Shown here in pieces: positions 1 to 9,854 of a stretch of DNA of 64,000 bases. Source of the stretch: Candidatus Saccharimonadota bacterium (lineage in GTDB: Bacteria > Patescibacteriota > Saccharimonadia > Saccharimonadales > Saccharimonadaceae); assembly GCA_017431945.1 (NCBI GenBank), contig JAFRJZ010000005.1, positions 14,259-78,258 of the forward strand, read 5' to 3'. Numbering within the stretch: position 1 is the first letter of the stretch; every line of letters begins with the position of its first letter. The translations under genes were made by a program, and so were the position numbers. The notes under the pieces are model-generated. The model had not been told where the DNA came from. It made no database searches and saw only the letters and a list, made by a program, of their open reading frames with translations.

Positions 1-776
1 CGGGCGTGCATACGACGCTTTTTAAGAGTCCACGCGAGCTCTTCGCTTTCGGGGAACTTTTTATAAATAGCATCGCACATTTGGTCAGTGAAGGTGATGA
101 TATCGAGTTTTTTGTCACTAAATTTGCTGTTAGCAATGGAGTCTTGGCGTTGATAATATTGATATTTAGGCTCAGGACCGTAAGCAATTGAATCACATTT
201 TAAAATTGTCTGATAGGTGGTAGCAAGGTCTTCGTGAAGAGCGCCGACTGGGAATTTGATGCCTTTAAATAATTCCCTAGCGTAAAGTTTGCCCCAAGCG
301 GTGACATTGAAACCGTCCTCGGCAAGCATATGATCAAGGCACTCAGCGGTGGTATAGACGGCGGTGCGATAACCAGCGCCGCGATTGATAGTGTGACCGT
401 CTGGAAAAATTTCCTCAGTGGCGGTGATGGCGAGCTGAGTGTGATATTTGTCGGTTAATTTATAAAGGTATTCGGTGTAGTCGGGCAAAACAGTGTCGTC
501 TGAATCAATAAAAGCGACAAAATCACCGGTAGCGACTTTGAGGCCAGCGTTACGAGCGGCAGAAAGGCCTTGGTTTTTTTGGTGGATGACTTTGACACCT
601 TTGTGCTCGTTGGCATAATCGTCGCAAAGTTTACTAGAACTATCAGTGGAACCATCGTCAATGAGAATGATTTCAAGATTTTTGTAAGTCTGGGCTGTAA
701 GAGAATTGAGGCATTTGGGCAGATACAGCGCGACATTATAAACTGGAACAATAATGGAAATTAGAGGGGTTTTCAT
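1..776 (-). CDS. Family-2 glycosyltransferase (3' end lies beyond the left window edge)
   Basis: Absent from the ORF track because it runs off the edge. My translation from the ATG at 776 gives MKTPLISIIVPVYNVALYLPKCLNSLTAQTYKNLEIILIDDGSTDSS...NQGLSAARNAGL...FIDSDD, a GT-A/GT2 N-terminal signature with a DxD-type motif. Track ORFs 455..751 and 570..764 are wrong-frame artefacts. Confidence 0.85.
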   Translation of the reverse strand, partial: MKTPLISIIVPVYNVALYLPKCLNSLTAQTYKNLEIILIDDGSTDSSSKLCDDYANEHKGVKVIHQKNQGLSAARNAGLKVATGDFVAFIDSDDTVLPDYTEYLYKLTDKYHTQLAITATEEIFPDGHTINRGAGYRTAVYTTAECLDHMLAEDGFNVTAWGKLYARELFKGIKFPVGALHEDLATTYQTILKCDSIAYGPEPKYQYYQRQDSIANSKFSDKKLDIITFTDQMCDAIYKKFPESEELAWTLKKRRMHA

Positions 777-799
777 GTAATTATTATAACATGCGCGCG

Positions 800-808
800 T
801 GGTATAAT
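800..808 (+). promoter_or_regulatory. Extended -10 promoter (TGgTATAAT), 8 nt upstream of the GtrA ATG
   Basis: tgg-tataat at 800-808. The ATG is at 817 and there is no clear Shine-Dalgarno sequence between them. Confidence 0.55.
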
Positions 809-816
809 GAGAAGAT

Positions 817-1263
817 ATGGGATATTATTACAAGGAATTAAAAGCGCTGTATCACCAGTATGAAGAAATCATCAGCTACCTGATAGTGGGGGGCTTGACG
901 ACGCTGGTGTCGCTGGTAAGCAAATATGCCCTGCTGTTTACGATACTAGACGCGGCGGACGCGGTGCAGTTGCAGATTTCGGTGATAATCTCATGGATAC
1001 TAGCGGTGGCGTTTGCCTACTGGGCGAACCGCACCTTTGTGTTTAAAAGTAAGGACCCAAAGATATTGGGCGAAATCGCGAGGTTTGTGGCGGCGAGAGT
1101 GGCGACACTGCTGATGGAAGCGCTAATATTGTGGTTCTTTATTACCCTGCTTGAAATGAATAGTGATTTTCATGTGGTGCTGTGGACGGTGGTGACGCAG
1201 ATTTTGATACTGATTGGTAATTATGTATTTAGTAAGATAGTGGTGTTTAGAAAGCCAAAATAG
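817..1263 (+). CDS. GtrA-family membrane protein (glycan translocation accessory)
   Basis: 148 aa with 4 predicted TM helices. The N-terminal ...ISYLIVGGLTTLVSL... and ...WANRTFVFKS... motifs are typical of the GtrA family. It sits in a glycosylation gene context. Confidence 0.8.
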   Translation: MGYYYKELKALYHQYEEIISYLIVGGLTTLVSLVSKYALLFTILDAADAVQLQISVIISWILAVAFAYWANRTFVFKSKDPKILGEIARFVAARVATLLMEALILWFFITLLEMNSDFHVVLWTVVTQILILIGNYVFSKIVVFRKPK

Positions 1264-1304
1264 CCAGATTACTTGGGGGCGCATTTTATTTTTTCGAGGT
1301 AGTA

Positions 1305-1313
1305 TGGTATAAT
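1305..1313 (+). promoter_or_regulatory. Extended -10 promoter (TGgTATAAT), 6 nt upstream of the ATG at 1320
   Basis: tgg-tataat at 1305-1313, then aatgaa, then the ATG. Confidence 0.55.
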
Positions 1314-1319
1314 AATGAA

Positions 1320-2138
1320 ATGAGTATACCTCGGGTTTTGAATCAGAAAAATCGGATTTTGTTGAAGGAATTAACTAAAACCGATTTTAAATTACGCTAT
1401 CAGGGTTCGGTATTGGGGTATTTGTGGGCACTTTTGAGGCCACTTTTGATGTTTGTGGTACTTTATATTGTGTTTGGATATTTTTTGCGTTTTAATGACG
1501 GTACACCACATTTTTCGCTATATCTATTAACTGGTATCGTGCTTTGGAGTTTCTTCACTGAATGTACTGGCCAAGGTATTCAAGCGATGGTAATGCGAGG
1601 TGATTTGATTCGTAAAATTAGTTTTCCGAAATGGGTAGTGGTGGTATCTTCTACCGGCACAGCCTTAATTAACCTAGGTATAAACTTGATTGTGGTGGTG
1701 GTGTTTGCACTACTAAACGGAATTATGCCGAGTTGGAGCTGGCTGCTAGTTCCCTTTTCTATTGTTGAACTGTATGCATTGGCGCTGGGTATTTCTTTCT
1801 TGTTTGGAGCGATAAATGTAAAGTATCGTGATATTTCGTCAATTTGGGATGTGTTGATACAGGCGATGTTTTATGCGGTGCCAATTATTTATCCGATTTC
1901 AATGGTAATGGGGATTAGTGAATCAGCGGCGAAGGTGTTACTACTTAACCCGATTGCGCAAGCGATTCAAGATGTGCGCTATAATCTTATTACCGATCAA
2001 ACGGTGACGACTTGGGGGCTAGTAGGCGAAGGGATTTTTGTCTTAAAATTTATACCGATTTCTCTCGTAGTAGTGATTTTGATATGGGGCGCGCTATATT
2101 TCCGACGAAAATCTAAATTCTTTGCGGAGGAAGTGTGA
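1320..2138 (+). CDS. ABC-2 type polysaccharide/teichoic-acid exporter permease (TagG/Wzm-like)
   Basis: 272 aa and polytopic. The N-terminus ...DFKLRYQGSVLGYLWALLRPLLMF... is the ABC-2 permease signature. The stop TGA overlaps the start of the next ATPase gene (ATGA-type coupling). Confidence 0.8.
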   Translation: MSIPRVLNQKNRILLKELTKTDFKLRYQGSVLGYLWALLRPLLMFVVLYIVFGYFLRFNDGTPHFSLYLLTGIVLWSFFTECTGQGIQAMVMRGDLIRKISFPKWVVVVSSTGTALINLGINLIVVVVFALLNGIMPSWSWLLVPFSIVELYALALGISFLFGAINVKYRDISSIWDVLIQAMFYAVPIIYPISMVMGISESAAKVLLLNPIAQAIQDVRYNLITDQTVTTWGLVGEGIFVLKFIPISLVVVILIWGALYFRRKSKFFAEEV

Positions 2139-2914
2139 TGAGACGAACAGTTGGTAGACGCGTAGTGTATAATGATGATAATAATCCAATAGCAATCAAA
2201 GTCGTTAACTTGCATAAAGATTTTCGGTTGCCGACCGAAAAGGCTTGGGGGCTCAAACAAGCTTTCTTCAACCGATTGAAGGGCGTAAAAGGATTTAAAA
2301 CACAAAAAGTTTTGAATGGGCTGGATTTTGAAATTGAAAAAGGCGAATTTGTGGGAATAGTCGGTAGAAATGGCTCTGGTAAGTCTACCCTGCTGAAAGT
2401 GCTGTCGGGAATTTATGTGCCACAAAAGGGTGCGATAGAAATCAATGGAAATCTGGTGCCGTTTATTGAATTAGGAGTAGGGTTTAATCCAGATTTAACA
2501 GGCCGCGAGAATATTTACATGAATGGAGCGCTACTAGGGTTTTCAAACGCTGAAATGGATAAGATGTATCCTAAAATTGTGAAATTTGCCGAACTAGAAG
2601 ATTTTATGGACCAAAAACTAAAAAATTACTCTTCGGGTATGCAGGTGAGATTAGCGTTTTCAATCGCGATTCGGGCTAAGGGTGATATTTTAATTTTGGA
2701 TGAAGTGTTGGCGGTGGGTGACGCAGAATTTCAGCAAAAGTGTAATGATTATTTTAGGAGCCTGCATGGTAACCAGACGGTGATTTTGGTAACGCATAAC
2801 ATGGAAAATGTAGAGGAGTTTTGCGATAGAGCGATTTTACTGGAAAAAGGCAAAGTGACGATGGACGGTGATCCGAAAAAAGTAGCAGAGGCTTACAAAA
2901 AGTTATGGGATTAA
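2135..2914 (+). CDS. ABC exporter ATP-binding protein (TagH/Wzt-like)
   Basis: Walker A GRNGSGKSTLLK, signature YSSGMQVRLAFS and Walker B ILILDEVLAVGD. Translationally coupled to the permease. Confidence 0.85.
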   Translation: MMRRTVGRRVVYNDDNNPIAIKVVNLHKDFRLPTEKAWGLKQAFFNRLKGVKGFKTQKVLNGLDFEIEKGEFVGIVGRNGSGKSTLLKVLSGIYVPQKGAIEINGNLVPFIELGVGFNPDLTGRENIYMNGALLGFSNAEMDKMYPKIVKFAELEDFMDQKLKNYSSGMQVRLAFSIAIRAKGDILILDEVLAVGDAEFQQKCNDYFRSLHGNQTVILVTHNMENVEEFCDRAILLEKGKVTMDGDPKKVAEAYKKLWD

Positions 2915-3981
2915 GAGATACAACAAAAAAAGCAACTAAGCGAGTAGGAAAGGCGTTTGGGGCTTCGGATTTGTTGGACCAATTAAACATGGCTAATAAC
3001 GCCTTGAGGGAGGCGAACGAAAAAATTGATAGATTAACCAAGCGCTACGACGACGAAATCGCGACTCTAAATAAAAAGTTAGATAAAATTCAACAAGAAT
3101 ATGTAGGCGAATTGAATAAACAATCCGATTATTTGGCAGATGTAGTTCATACGACAGTAGATATTGAAAAAGCACCGACAGCGCGTGGGCAAACTAGATT
3201 TTTGCAAGAGGGCAATTTAAAATTATTGCTAGTAATAAAAAAGATTCTGGAAAAGAATAGTTTAGAATATTTTTTGGATTATGGCACATTGCTGGGGGCG
3301 GTGCGCCATGGTGGTTATATACCATGGGATGATGATATAGATATCTCAATGTTACGAGAGGATTACGATAAATTATTAAAAATTTTGGACAAAGAATTTG
3401 CTGGCACTAAACTGTTTTATGTGCATAGTGAAATTATAAGGATTTTTTATGATGATACTCCCTTGCAGATTGATGTGTTTCCAATAGATTTTTATGATCG
3501 TAGAGTTGAAAGCGAAGAAGAAAAAATCAAAATTGGTAAAGTGATAAAAGAAACTCAGGATAAATATATTAAATATAATTATGATAAATTGTTTACGCAA
3601 GAGCGAGTAATAATTAGCCCCGAATATAGCGAAATAGGAAAAATTCGCAACGCTAAAATTTGTCGCGAGGTGAAGCGTACGGAGGCTAAAAAAACAAAGC
3701 CAGCGATTTATCATGGGCTAGAAGAAGTAATTCCAAAAAATTTACAGTGTTTACATGATTATGAGTGGATTTATCCATTGAAGAAAATAGATTTTATGGG
3801 CGAGAAATTTTTGGCGCCAAATCGTCCAGACATACTTTTGTATCAATACTATGGTGATTATATGAGTTGGCCAAAAGATTTACATCCTAAACATGAGGAT
3901 ATAGATAAGAGGATAAACATACAAACTATACAAAAAGTAAAAGATATTATAAATGGAAAAATTGATCTTTTAGCTAAGTAA
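2905..3981 (+). CDS. LicD-family phosphotransferase with an N-terminal coiled-coil
   Basis: LDYGTLLGAVRHGGYIPWDDDIDISM matches the LicD core motif. About 90 N-terminal residues are heptad-like and charged. Confidence 0.75.
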   Translation: MGLRDTTKKATKRVGKAFGASDLLDQLNMANNALREANEKIDRLTKRYDDEIATLNKKLDKIQQEYVGELNKQSDYLADVVHTTVDIEKAPTARGQTRFLQEGNLKLLLVIKKILEKNSLEYFLDYGTLLGAVRHGGYIPWDDDIDISMLREDYDKLLKILDKEFAGTKLFYVHSEIIRIFYDDTPLQIDVFPIDFYDRRVESEEEKIKIGKVIKETQDKYIKYNYDKLFTQERVIISPEYSEIGKIRNAKICREVKRTEAKKTKPAIYHGLEEVIPKNLQCLHDYEWIYPLKKIDFMGEKFLAPNRPDILLYQYYGDYMSWPKDLHPKHEDIDKRINIQTIQKVKDIINGKIDLLAK

Positions 3982-5109
3982 CTTACTGGCAAGATCAAGG
4001 GCGTTCTTGATAGCGAGGTCCATATCCCAATAGCGGTAGGCGCCGAGGCGACCGCCGAGGATGAGGTTGGGATATTTTTCTTTGGCAAGGGCGACATATT
4101 GTTGATAGAGAGCTTCGGATTCGTCGTTATTGACTGGATAATAAGCCTCGTCACCTTTTTGAAAATCGGCGGGATATTCGCGACAAAGGATGGACTGAGG
4201 CTGGTTGACAACTTCGGGTTGATGAGATTGATAGTATTTATAGTCGTGGGTGCGAGTGTAAGGAATATTGGCGTCGGCTTCGTTGATAACGGCTTCGCCG
4301 AGGGTCTTAGTGGTGACCTCTTGTTCAAAACGGAGACTACGATAAGGTAAAACACCGAGTTCGTAATCTAAAAGTTCGTCAATTTGGCCACAATAAATGA
4401 TAGTAGTATCAGCAGGGATGTCGCTGATGATGGTTTTGATGTCAATATTTAGCTTGGTATCGATGAGGTCGTTTTTTAACATGTTTTCAACAATTTTGGT
4501 ATAGCCCGCCTTGGGGATGCCTTGATGCTTGGCGGTGATAAAATAACGATTGTCATGACTAAAACGGACGGGGATGCGAGAGAGGATAGAAGCGGAGAGA
4601 TTTTTAGGGTCGGTAGACCATTGCTTGGCGGTGTAGTTTTTGAGAAAAGCCTCATAAAGTTTGCGACCGACTAGGCTAAGACCTTTTTCTTCAAAATTTT
4701 GAGGGTCGGTAATGCCCTCTTTGGCAGCTTCCTCGGCGACGAACTTTTCGGCGGTGGGAGCGTCCATATCAGTACCGTACAGTAGATTGATAGTATCAAG
4801 ATTAATAGGCATCGGGTAAAGCCTGCCGTTGTGGCGAGTGTTGACGGTGTGAACATAATCATTAAACTCGGTAAAGCGGGTGATATAATCCCAGACTTCG
4901 TCCATTTCGGTGTGAAAAATGTGCGAACCGTATTTGTGAACTTCAATCTTGGTAGCAGGGTCGGTATAACTGTAAACATTGCCGGCTAGGTGATTACGCC
5001 TGTCAATAACTAAAACTTGGTGACCTTGGCTGGCCAAGCGTTCGGCGACGGTGGCACCAAAAAGTCCCGCACCAGCGATGATGTATTTATAACTCTTTAA
5101 CTCTTTCAT
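3970..5109 (-). CDS. glf: UDP-galactopyranose mutase
   Basis: 379 aa. N-terminal FAD fold IIGAGLFGATVAERL. Length and conserved blocks (HIFHT, YNxKQW-like TAKQW, GRLGAYRYWDMD) are typical of Glf. Confidence 0.9.
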   Translation of the reverse strand: MKELKSYKYIIAGAGLFGATVAERLASQGHQVLVIDRRNHLAGNVYSYTDPATKIEVHKYGSHIFHTEMDEVWDYITRFTEFNDYVHTVNTRHNGRLYPMPINLDTINLLYGTDMDAPTAEKFVAEEAAKEGITDPQNFEEKGLSLVGRKLYEAFLKNYTAKQWSTDPKNLSASILSRIPVRFSHDNRYFITAKHQGIPKAGYTKIVENMLKNDLIDTKLNIDIKTIISDIPADTTIIYCGQIDELLDYELGVLPYRSLRFEQEVTTKTLGEAVINEADANIPYTRTHDYKYYQSHQPEVVNQPQSILCREYPADFQKGDEAYYPVNNDESEALYQQYVALAKEKYPNLILGGRLGAYRYWDMDLAIKNALDLASKLLS

Positions 5110-5111
5110 AA

Positions 5112-6086
5112 TTATATCTTACTATAAATACGGAAAGCCCGCAAGAAAGCGGAAGGAGATTTTAAAAGCAAGTTGAGCGTAAGCCAGTGTTTGGTAGGAA
5201 AATATCGTTTTTGCAAAATGCCGGCTTTTTTAGCGTCAAGAAACTCTTGGCGCATGGCGGGGAGAAATTTTTGCAAGGCAGGCTCGGGTAGACGAAGTAG
5301 ATTCCAGTGATAACTACCAAATTTAGTAGCCTGCATAATCGGAGCGTAAGTTTGGTAGATTTTATGGTTTTTGAGAAATTCTTCAACACTAGCGAATTCC
5401 TTAGAAACAGCGAAAACCTTGGCGGTACTTTTGACAGAAGAATTAGCATTGTCGGTACGGTAATGCATCACTGGTTTGGTGGTATAGACAACGCGATGGG
5501 TGCTGGCGAGTACTTTGAAATTAAAACCGACATCTTGGTAGGCTGCGCCTGGGGTAGGGAGAAAATTAATATTATGCTTGATGAGAAAATCGCGACGATA
5601 GATGGCAGACCAAATGTCGGGAGGCTGATGAAAAATATGCTGGTTTTTGAGTGGGTCAATTAGCTTGCCGGCTTCATCAGGCTTAATAATTTGACTGATT
5701 TTATCTTGGCCATGCTGATGAAAATAGTAATTCCCTTTTGCCATGTCGGCGTTGAATTTGTGGGCAAGCGAGTAAAGCGTTTTAAACATATCGGGTTCAG
5801 CAAAATCATCTGGTTCAAGAATACCGACATATTCGCCCTTGGCGGTTTTGAGACCTTGATTCATGCTGTCGCCATAGCCGGTGTTCTTTTTGGTGATGAC
5901 TTTGATGCGCTTGTCGCTAGTGGCGTATTGCTGAATAATTTTGGATGAGCCGTCAGTAGAGCCATCATTGATAAGGATGATTTCGGTATCTGTCAAAGTT
6001 TGTGCGGTGAGACTTTTTAAAGCCTCATCAAGATACTTTTCGGTATTGTAGATGGGGACAAGGATGGAGACTTTGGGAGATTTCAT
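5112..6086 (-). CDS. Family-2 glycosyltransferase
   Basis: VSILVPIYNTEKYLDEALKSLTAQT...ILINDGSTDGS...EPDD. I prefer the start at MKSPKVS (ATG at 6086, preceded by aagga), which abuts the stop of the upstream gene. The track ORF starts 7 codons earlier, at 6107. Confidence 0.8.
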   Translation of the reverse strand: MKSPKVSILVPIYNTEKYLDEALKSLTAQTLTDTEIILINDGSTDGSSKIIQQYATSDKRIKVITKKNTGYGDSMNQGLKTAKGEYVGILEPDDFAEPDMFKTLYSLAHKFNADMAKGNYYFHQHGQDKISQIIKPDEAGKLIDPLKNQHIFHQPPDIWSAIYRRDFLIKHNINFLPTPGAAYQDVGFNFKVLASTHRVVYTTKPVMHYRTDNANSSVKSTAKVFAVSKEFASVEEFLKNHKIYQTYAPIMQATKFGSYHWNLLRLPEPALQKFLPAMRQEFLDAKKAGILQKRYFPTKHWLTLNLLLKSPSAFLRAFRIYSKI

Positions 6087-6087
6087 A

Positions 6088-7917
6088 TTATCCTTTGAGT
6101 TTTGCATAAAAATTACGCGCTAATCTGCCACGCTGAGAATTAGCGGGTAAAACTTTTTTGGCGGTCTTTTTGATGGCTGCTTTTTTGTCGCGTTTTTTGG
6201 CGATGAGACGCTCAATTAAAGTTTCGTAGTAATCACTGGTTTTGGCATAACGCCAGAATACTTCGGCAAAATCAGACTCAGGATCTGTCCAGGGTTTGTC
6301 TGGGCCAGCATAATGAATGATTTTGGGTGATTTGCGAGCGGTCATATATTCTACAAAAAGTCGTTCGGGGGCGTGACTAATGTTTTCTTCAATGCGGGCG
6401 TTTTTCCAATCGTGCATAACATTCCACGACATGTCAACAAATTTGACTTGCCCTTGGGCGAGGAAATTAAGAACATCTTGATCAAGCAATTGCCACTTGT
6501 AAGTACCGGCGAATTTTAACATTTCGGCTGTAGTGTATTGTTTGCGAAATTCAGCTAGATTAAACAAAATAACACCGGCCTGAAAGTAATCGTAAGGGTT
6601 TTTGATTTTTAAAATATTGTCCATGTAAGGTTTTTTGTCTGGTTGGGCGCCGTTATAAAGCCCGGCAGTATCAGCATCACGACAAGCAGCAAGCAATTTG
6701 CCCTGAATGTTAGTGTTATATAACTGAGCAAGATCGGCATTTACGACTAAGTCTGAATCTAGGTAAAGAACTTTGTTGTAGTGCGGAAAAATTTCTGGCA
6801 TCAGCAAACGAAACCAAGTTTCAATAACAAAATGTCCGCGTAAGAATAGATCCCGAAACTGTGGCTCAAAGCGTGAAATATTGATAAAACGCAGAGAAGT
6901 GTTTTTGCTATTAAAGGTATTTTGTAAACGAGCTTGATGGGATGGAGAGATGTTCTTGGTCATTACTATCACATCATAATTATTGCTGGGAGTAGTGTTT
7001 TGCTTGATTGAGGAAAGGACGGTAGCTAAATATGGTGTGTAATAATCATCTGCAGACAGAACAACCGCGATATTGTTTTTGGAGAAGGCAGGCTTGATGT
7101 CTGGAAGAGGGTCGGTGTCTAAGAATATGACGGTTGGTAATTCTTTAATTTTGAGATTTTGGTGGTCTTTGAGATAGGCAATGTAGATATTAAGCAAGCG
7201 CTCTGCTAGGTGACCTGGAGTACGAAGAGCTTCGGCAGAATAGTCAGTATAATCAATGCGTCTGTCGCATTCGTCTAAAATATCAAAAAGCCAAGCGCTA
7301 TAATCGTTGAAAATGGTTTTTTTCATAATAAACATGTTGTTGAGATATGAAAATTTGCCGGCTAGATAATCTTGGGCGTAGGGCAGAAATTCTGGGTACT
7401 TTTCTTTAATTACTGCCAACATAATGTCTAAATCTTTGGCGTGGAGATAGCCGGAGCTTTCGTATTGTTCGTGAATATTATCAGCACCTTCGGGCATTTT
7501 GGTGACATCTTTGGCTACTGGTAAAATAATGTCGTAATTTTTGACGAGATTATTGATGGTATCGCTATTTAGCTTGTATTTGTCAATAGTTTCTGAATCA
7601 ATAAACTTTTCAACGACATTACCCCACACGTCTACGGGGTGATTTTTGCCACTAAAATCTAAGTAGCGACGATAATGAAAGAACCCTATATATTCAAGGT
7701 TCTCAGTAGCATTCTTCCAGGCCCAATATTGGGCGGTAAGCTCGCAGTAGCGAGGATTTTTGTCGGAAATATTGTCTTTGGCGTCATCTTGAATGATGCC
7801 TTTGATTTTGAAATGCCCAGGTAGGCTAGAGCCGACTTGAATTGGAACAAAAACATCATCGTGAACGAAATCGGTTGGTTTGTGACACGAGATAAAGATT
7901 TTTAAATCTTGTGACAT
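6088..7917 (-). CDS. Bifunctional-looking glycosyltransferase: N-terminal DUF4422-like domain plus C-terminal GT8 domain
   Basis: The N-terminus IFISCHKPT...PIQVG...DNISDKNPRYCELTAQYWAWKN is DUF4422-like. The C-terminus has YLDSDLVV (DxD) and YFQAGVILFNL, both typical of GT8. Confidence 0.75.
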   Translation of the reverse strand: MSQDLKIFISCHKPTDFVHDDVFVPIQVGSSLPGHFKIKGIIQDDAKDNISDKNPRYCELTAQYWAWKNATENLEYIGFFHYRRYLDFSGKNHPVDVWGNVVEKFIDSETIDKYKLNSDTINNLVKNYDIILPVAKDVTKMPEGADNIHEQYESSGYLHAKDLDIMLAVIKEKYPEFLPYAQDYLAGKFSYLNNMFIMKKTIFNDYSAWLFDILDECDRRIDYTDYSAEALRTPGHLAERLLNIYIAYLKDHQNLKIKELPTVIFLDTDPLPDIKPAFSKNNIAVVLSADDYYTPYLATVLSSIKQNTTPSNNYDVIVMTKNISPSHQARLQNTFNSKNTSLRFINISRFEPQFRDLFLRGHFVIETWFRLLMPEIFPHYNKVLYLDSDLVVNADLAQLYNTNIQGKLLAACRDADTAGLYNGAQPDKKPYMDNILKIKNPYDYFQAGVILFNLAEFRKQYTTAEMLKFAGTYKWQLLDQDVLNFLAQGQVKFVDMSWNVMHDWKNARIEENISHAPERLFVEYMTARKSPKIIHYAGPDKPWTDPESDFAEVFWRYAKTSDYYETLIERLIAKKRDKKAAIKKTAKKVLPANSQRGRLARNFYAKLKG

Positions 7918-7926
7918 TTGTTGCTC

Positions 7927-9810
7927 CTAATAAGATTTACCACGAAGTTTTTTGAATTTTTGCCAACGCTTTGAACCATATGGAAAGGCTAGAGAATAAG
8001 TTTTGAGGACACCGGCTTTGGTTTTGTCTTTGACCTTGGTAGTAATTTGGCGTTGGCGCTTTTTAGTAGCATATTTAAGTTTGAAATTGGTGATTTGAGC
8101 GAGTAGTTCTTCGTAATAAATCGTCTGCCTAGCATAATGCCAAAACTCGTGAGCAAAATCTTCGCTAGGGTCATGCCAAGGCTTTTTGAAGCCGGCGTAG
8201 TGGATGATTTTGGGGTCTTGGCGGGCTAGTTTGTATTCTTTTTGGATGGCGTCGGGAGCAAATTCAATGACTTCAGAACGTTCGTGGTTGCAGTCAACTA
8301 GCATATTCCATTTCATGTCAATGAATTTGACATGGCCTTCACAATAAAGGTTGAGGACATCTTGATCATTATAGCGATAAGGTGTTGAAGCAAATTTGAG
8401 CCATTCGTTGACAGTATGGGCTTTGCGCATCTCGTCTTCATTGAATAGAATGACGCCAGCCTGGAAATAATTATAGGGATCTTGCATTTTGAATTTGGTC
8501 TGGATGTACTTCATGGTTTCTTGGTTGGCACCGTTGATTTGACCAAGAAAGTCAGGGTCGCGAGTGGCGGCTAGCATATAGCCGTCAATGTTGGTTTCAA
8601 AAAGTTCAGATATATCACCATTGATGACTAAATCGCAGTCAATATACAAAACTTTATGATAATCAGGCATGGCATCTTGAATCAGGAAGCGATAATAGGT
8701 TTCAACACTGATATGAGCGTTGGCTTTGAGTTTATAATCAGCTAATAGAACTGATGCATCGAAAAAGCGCAATGATAAGTTTTTGTGTGATTTAACCATG
8801 CCAAGCAAAATAGCTTTGTTTTCTGGGCTGACATCTGATTGAATTAGGATAACATCGTAGTTGTATTTAGGATTAATATGGTCAATCAATGATTGTAGGC
8901 AGGTGGCAAACATAGGGACAAAACTGTCATTGGCGGCAAAAACCACAGGGATGGTGTTGCTGTTTTGAGGGAATACTGGGCTGAGTGGTGTTTCGGGGTC
9001 GGTTTTGGTGTAGTACACGCATTGTAATTCTTTGACTTTGAGATTGGGATTTTCTTTTAGGATTTGCGTGAGAAAAATGCCAAAGAGACGCTCAGATAGG
9101 TGGCCGGGGGTACGCAAAGCCTCGGTGTTGTATTTGCTCATATCGGTGCGTTCGCAAAACTCTGCCAAGACCGCAAACATCCACTCAGAATATTTGAAAA
9201 AGATTTCTTTTTTGAGGATGTACATATTACAAAAACTAGAATAATGCCCTTTCAAAAATTCGTGAGCTGATTGACTGTATTCTGGGTATTTTTCTTCAAT
9301 AATATTTAATAGAGTATGGATGTCTTTTTTATGAAGAAGCGGGGCGCGAGCATATTGTGCCATTACCGATGGGGCTTGACCGGGCATTTTGCGAAGGTCT
9401 TTGCGTTCGGTGATAATGATGTCATACTTTTTGACAAGCTCTGTGATAGTCGTTTCGTCTAGACCATACTTAGCGATGTTGTATTCGCCCGGGTAAGTTT
9501 CTACGATGTTACCGTAAGGGTCTTCTTTGTATTTTTTATCGGAGAAATTAAAGTAGCGTCGGTAATGACAGAAACCGTAGTAGTCGGCGTCGTAATTTTT
9601 CCAGGCCCAGTATTGGGCGGTGAGCTCGCAGTACATGGGATTTAGTTTGGAAATATTGTCTTTGCCGTCATCGTCGTGTAATATACCCTTAATGCGGTTT
9701 TTTTGATTGGCACAGCCAAGCTGAATCGGCTCCATGATATTATTCTTAATATAAGCCGTGGGTTTGTGACATGAAATAAAAATTTTGATATGGGGATTAT
9801 TATTACTCAT
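7927..9810 (-). CDS. Paralog of the preceding DUF4422-GT8 glycosyltransferase
   Basis: Same architecture, colinear with 6088..7917: IFISCHKPT, CELTAQYWAWKN, YIDCDLVI, YFQAGVILFNE. Confidence 0.75.
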   Translation of the reverse strand: MSNNNPHIKIFISCHKPTAYIKNNIMEPIQLGCANQKNRIKGILHDDDGKDNISKLNPMYCELTAQYWAWKNYDADYYGFCHYRRYFNFSDKKYKEDPYGNIVETYPGEYNIAKYGLDETTITELVKKYDIIITERKDLRKMPGQAPSVMAQYARAPLLHKKDIHTLLNIIEEKYPEYSQSAHEFLKGHYSSFCNMYILKKEIFFKYSEWMFAVLAEFCERTDMSKYNTEALRTPGHLSERLFGIFLTQILKENPNLKVKELQCVYYTKTDPETPLSPVFPQNSNTIPVVFAANDSFVPMFATCLQSLIDHINPKYNYDVILIQSDVSPENKAILLGMVKSHKNLSLRFFDASVLLADYKLKANAHISVETYYRFLIQDAMPDYHKVLYIDCDLVINGDISELFETNIDGYMLAATRDPDFLGQINGANQETMKYIQTKFKMQDPYNYFQAGVILFNEDEMRKAHTVNEWLKFASTPYRYNDQDVLNLYCEGHVKFIDMKWNMLVDCNHERSEVIEFAPDAIQKEYKLARQDPKIIHYAGFKKPWHDPSEDFAHEFWHYARQTIYYEELLAQITNFKLKYATKKRQRQITTKVKDKTKAGVLKTYSLAFPYGSKRWQKFKKLRGKSY

Positions 9811-9854
9811 CTGGGGTAATTATAACATATTTAGCGGATAAAAACTAGTGTTTG

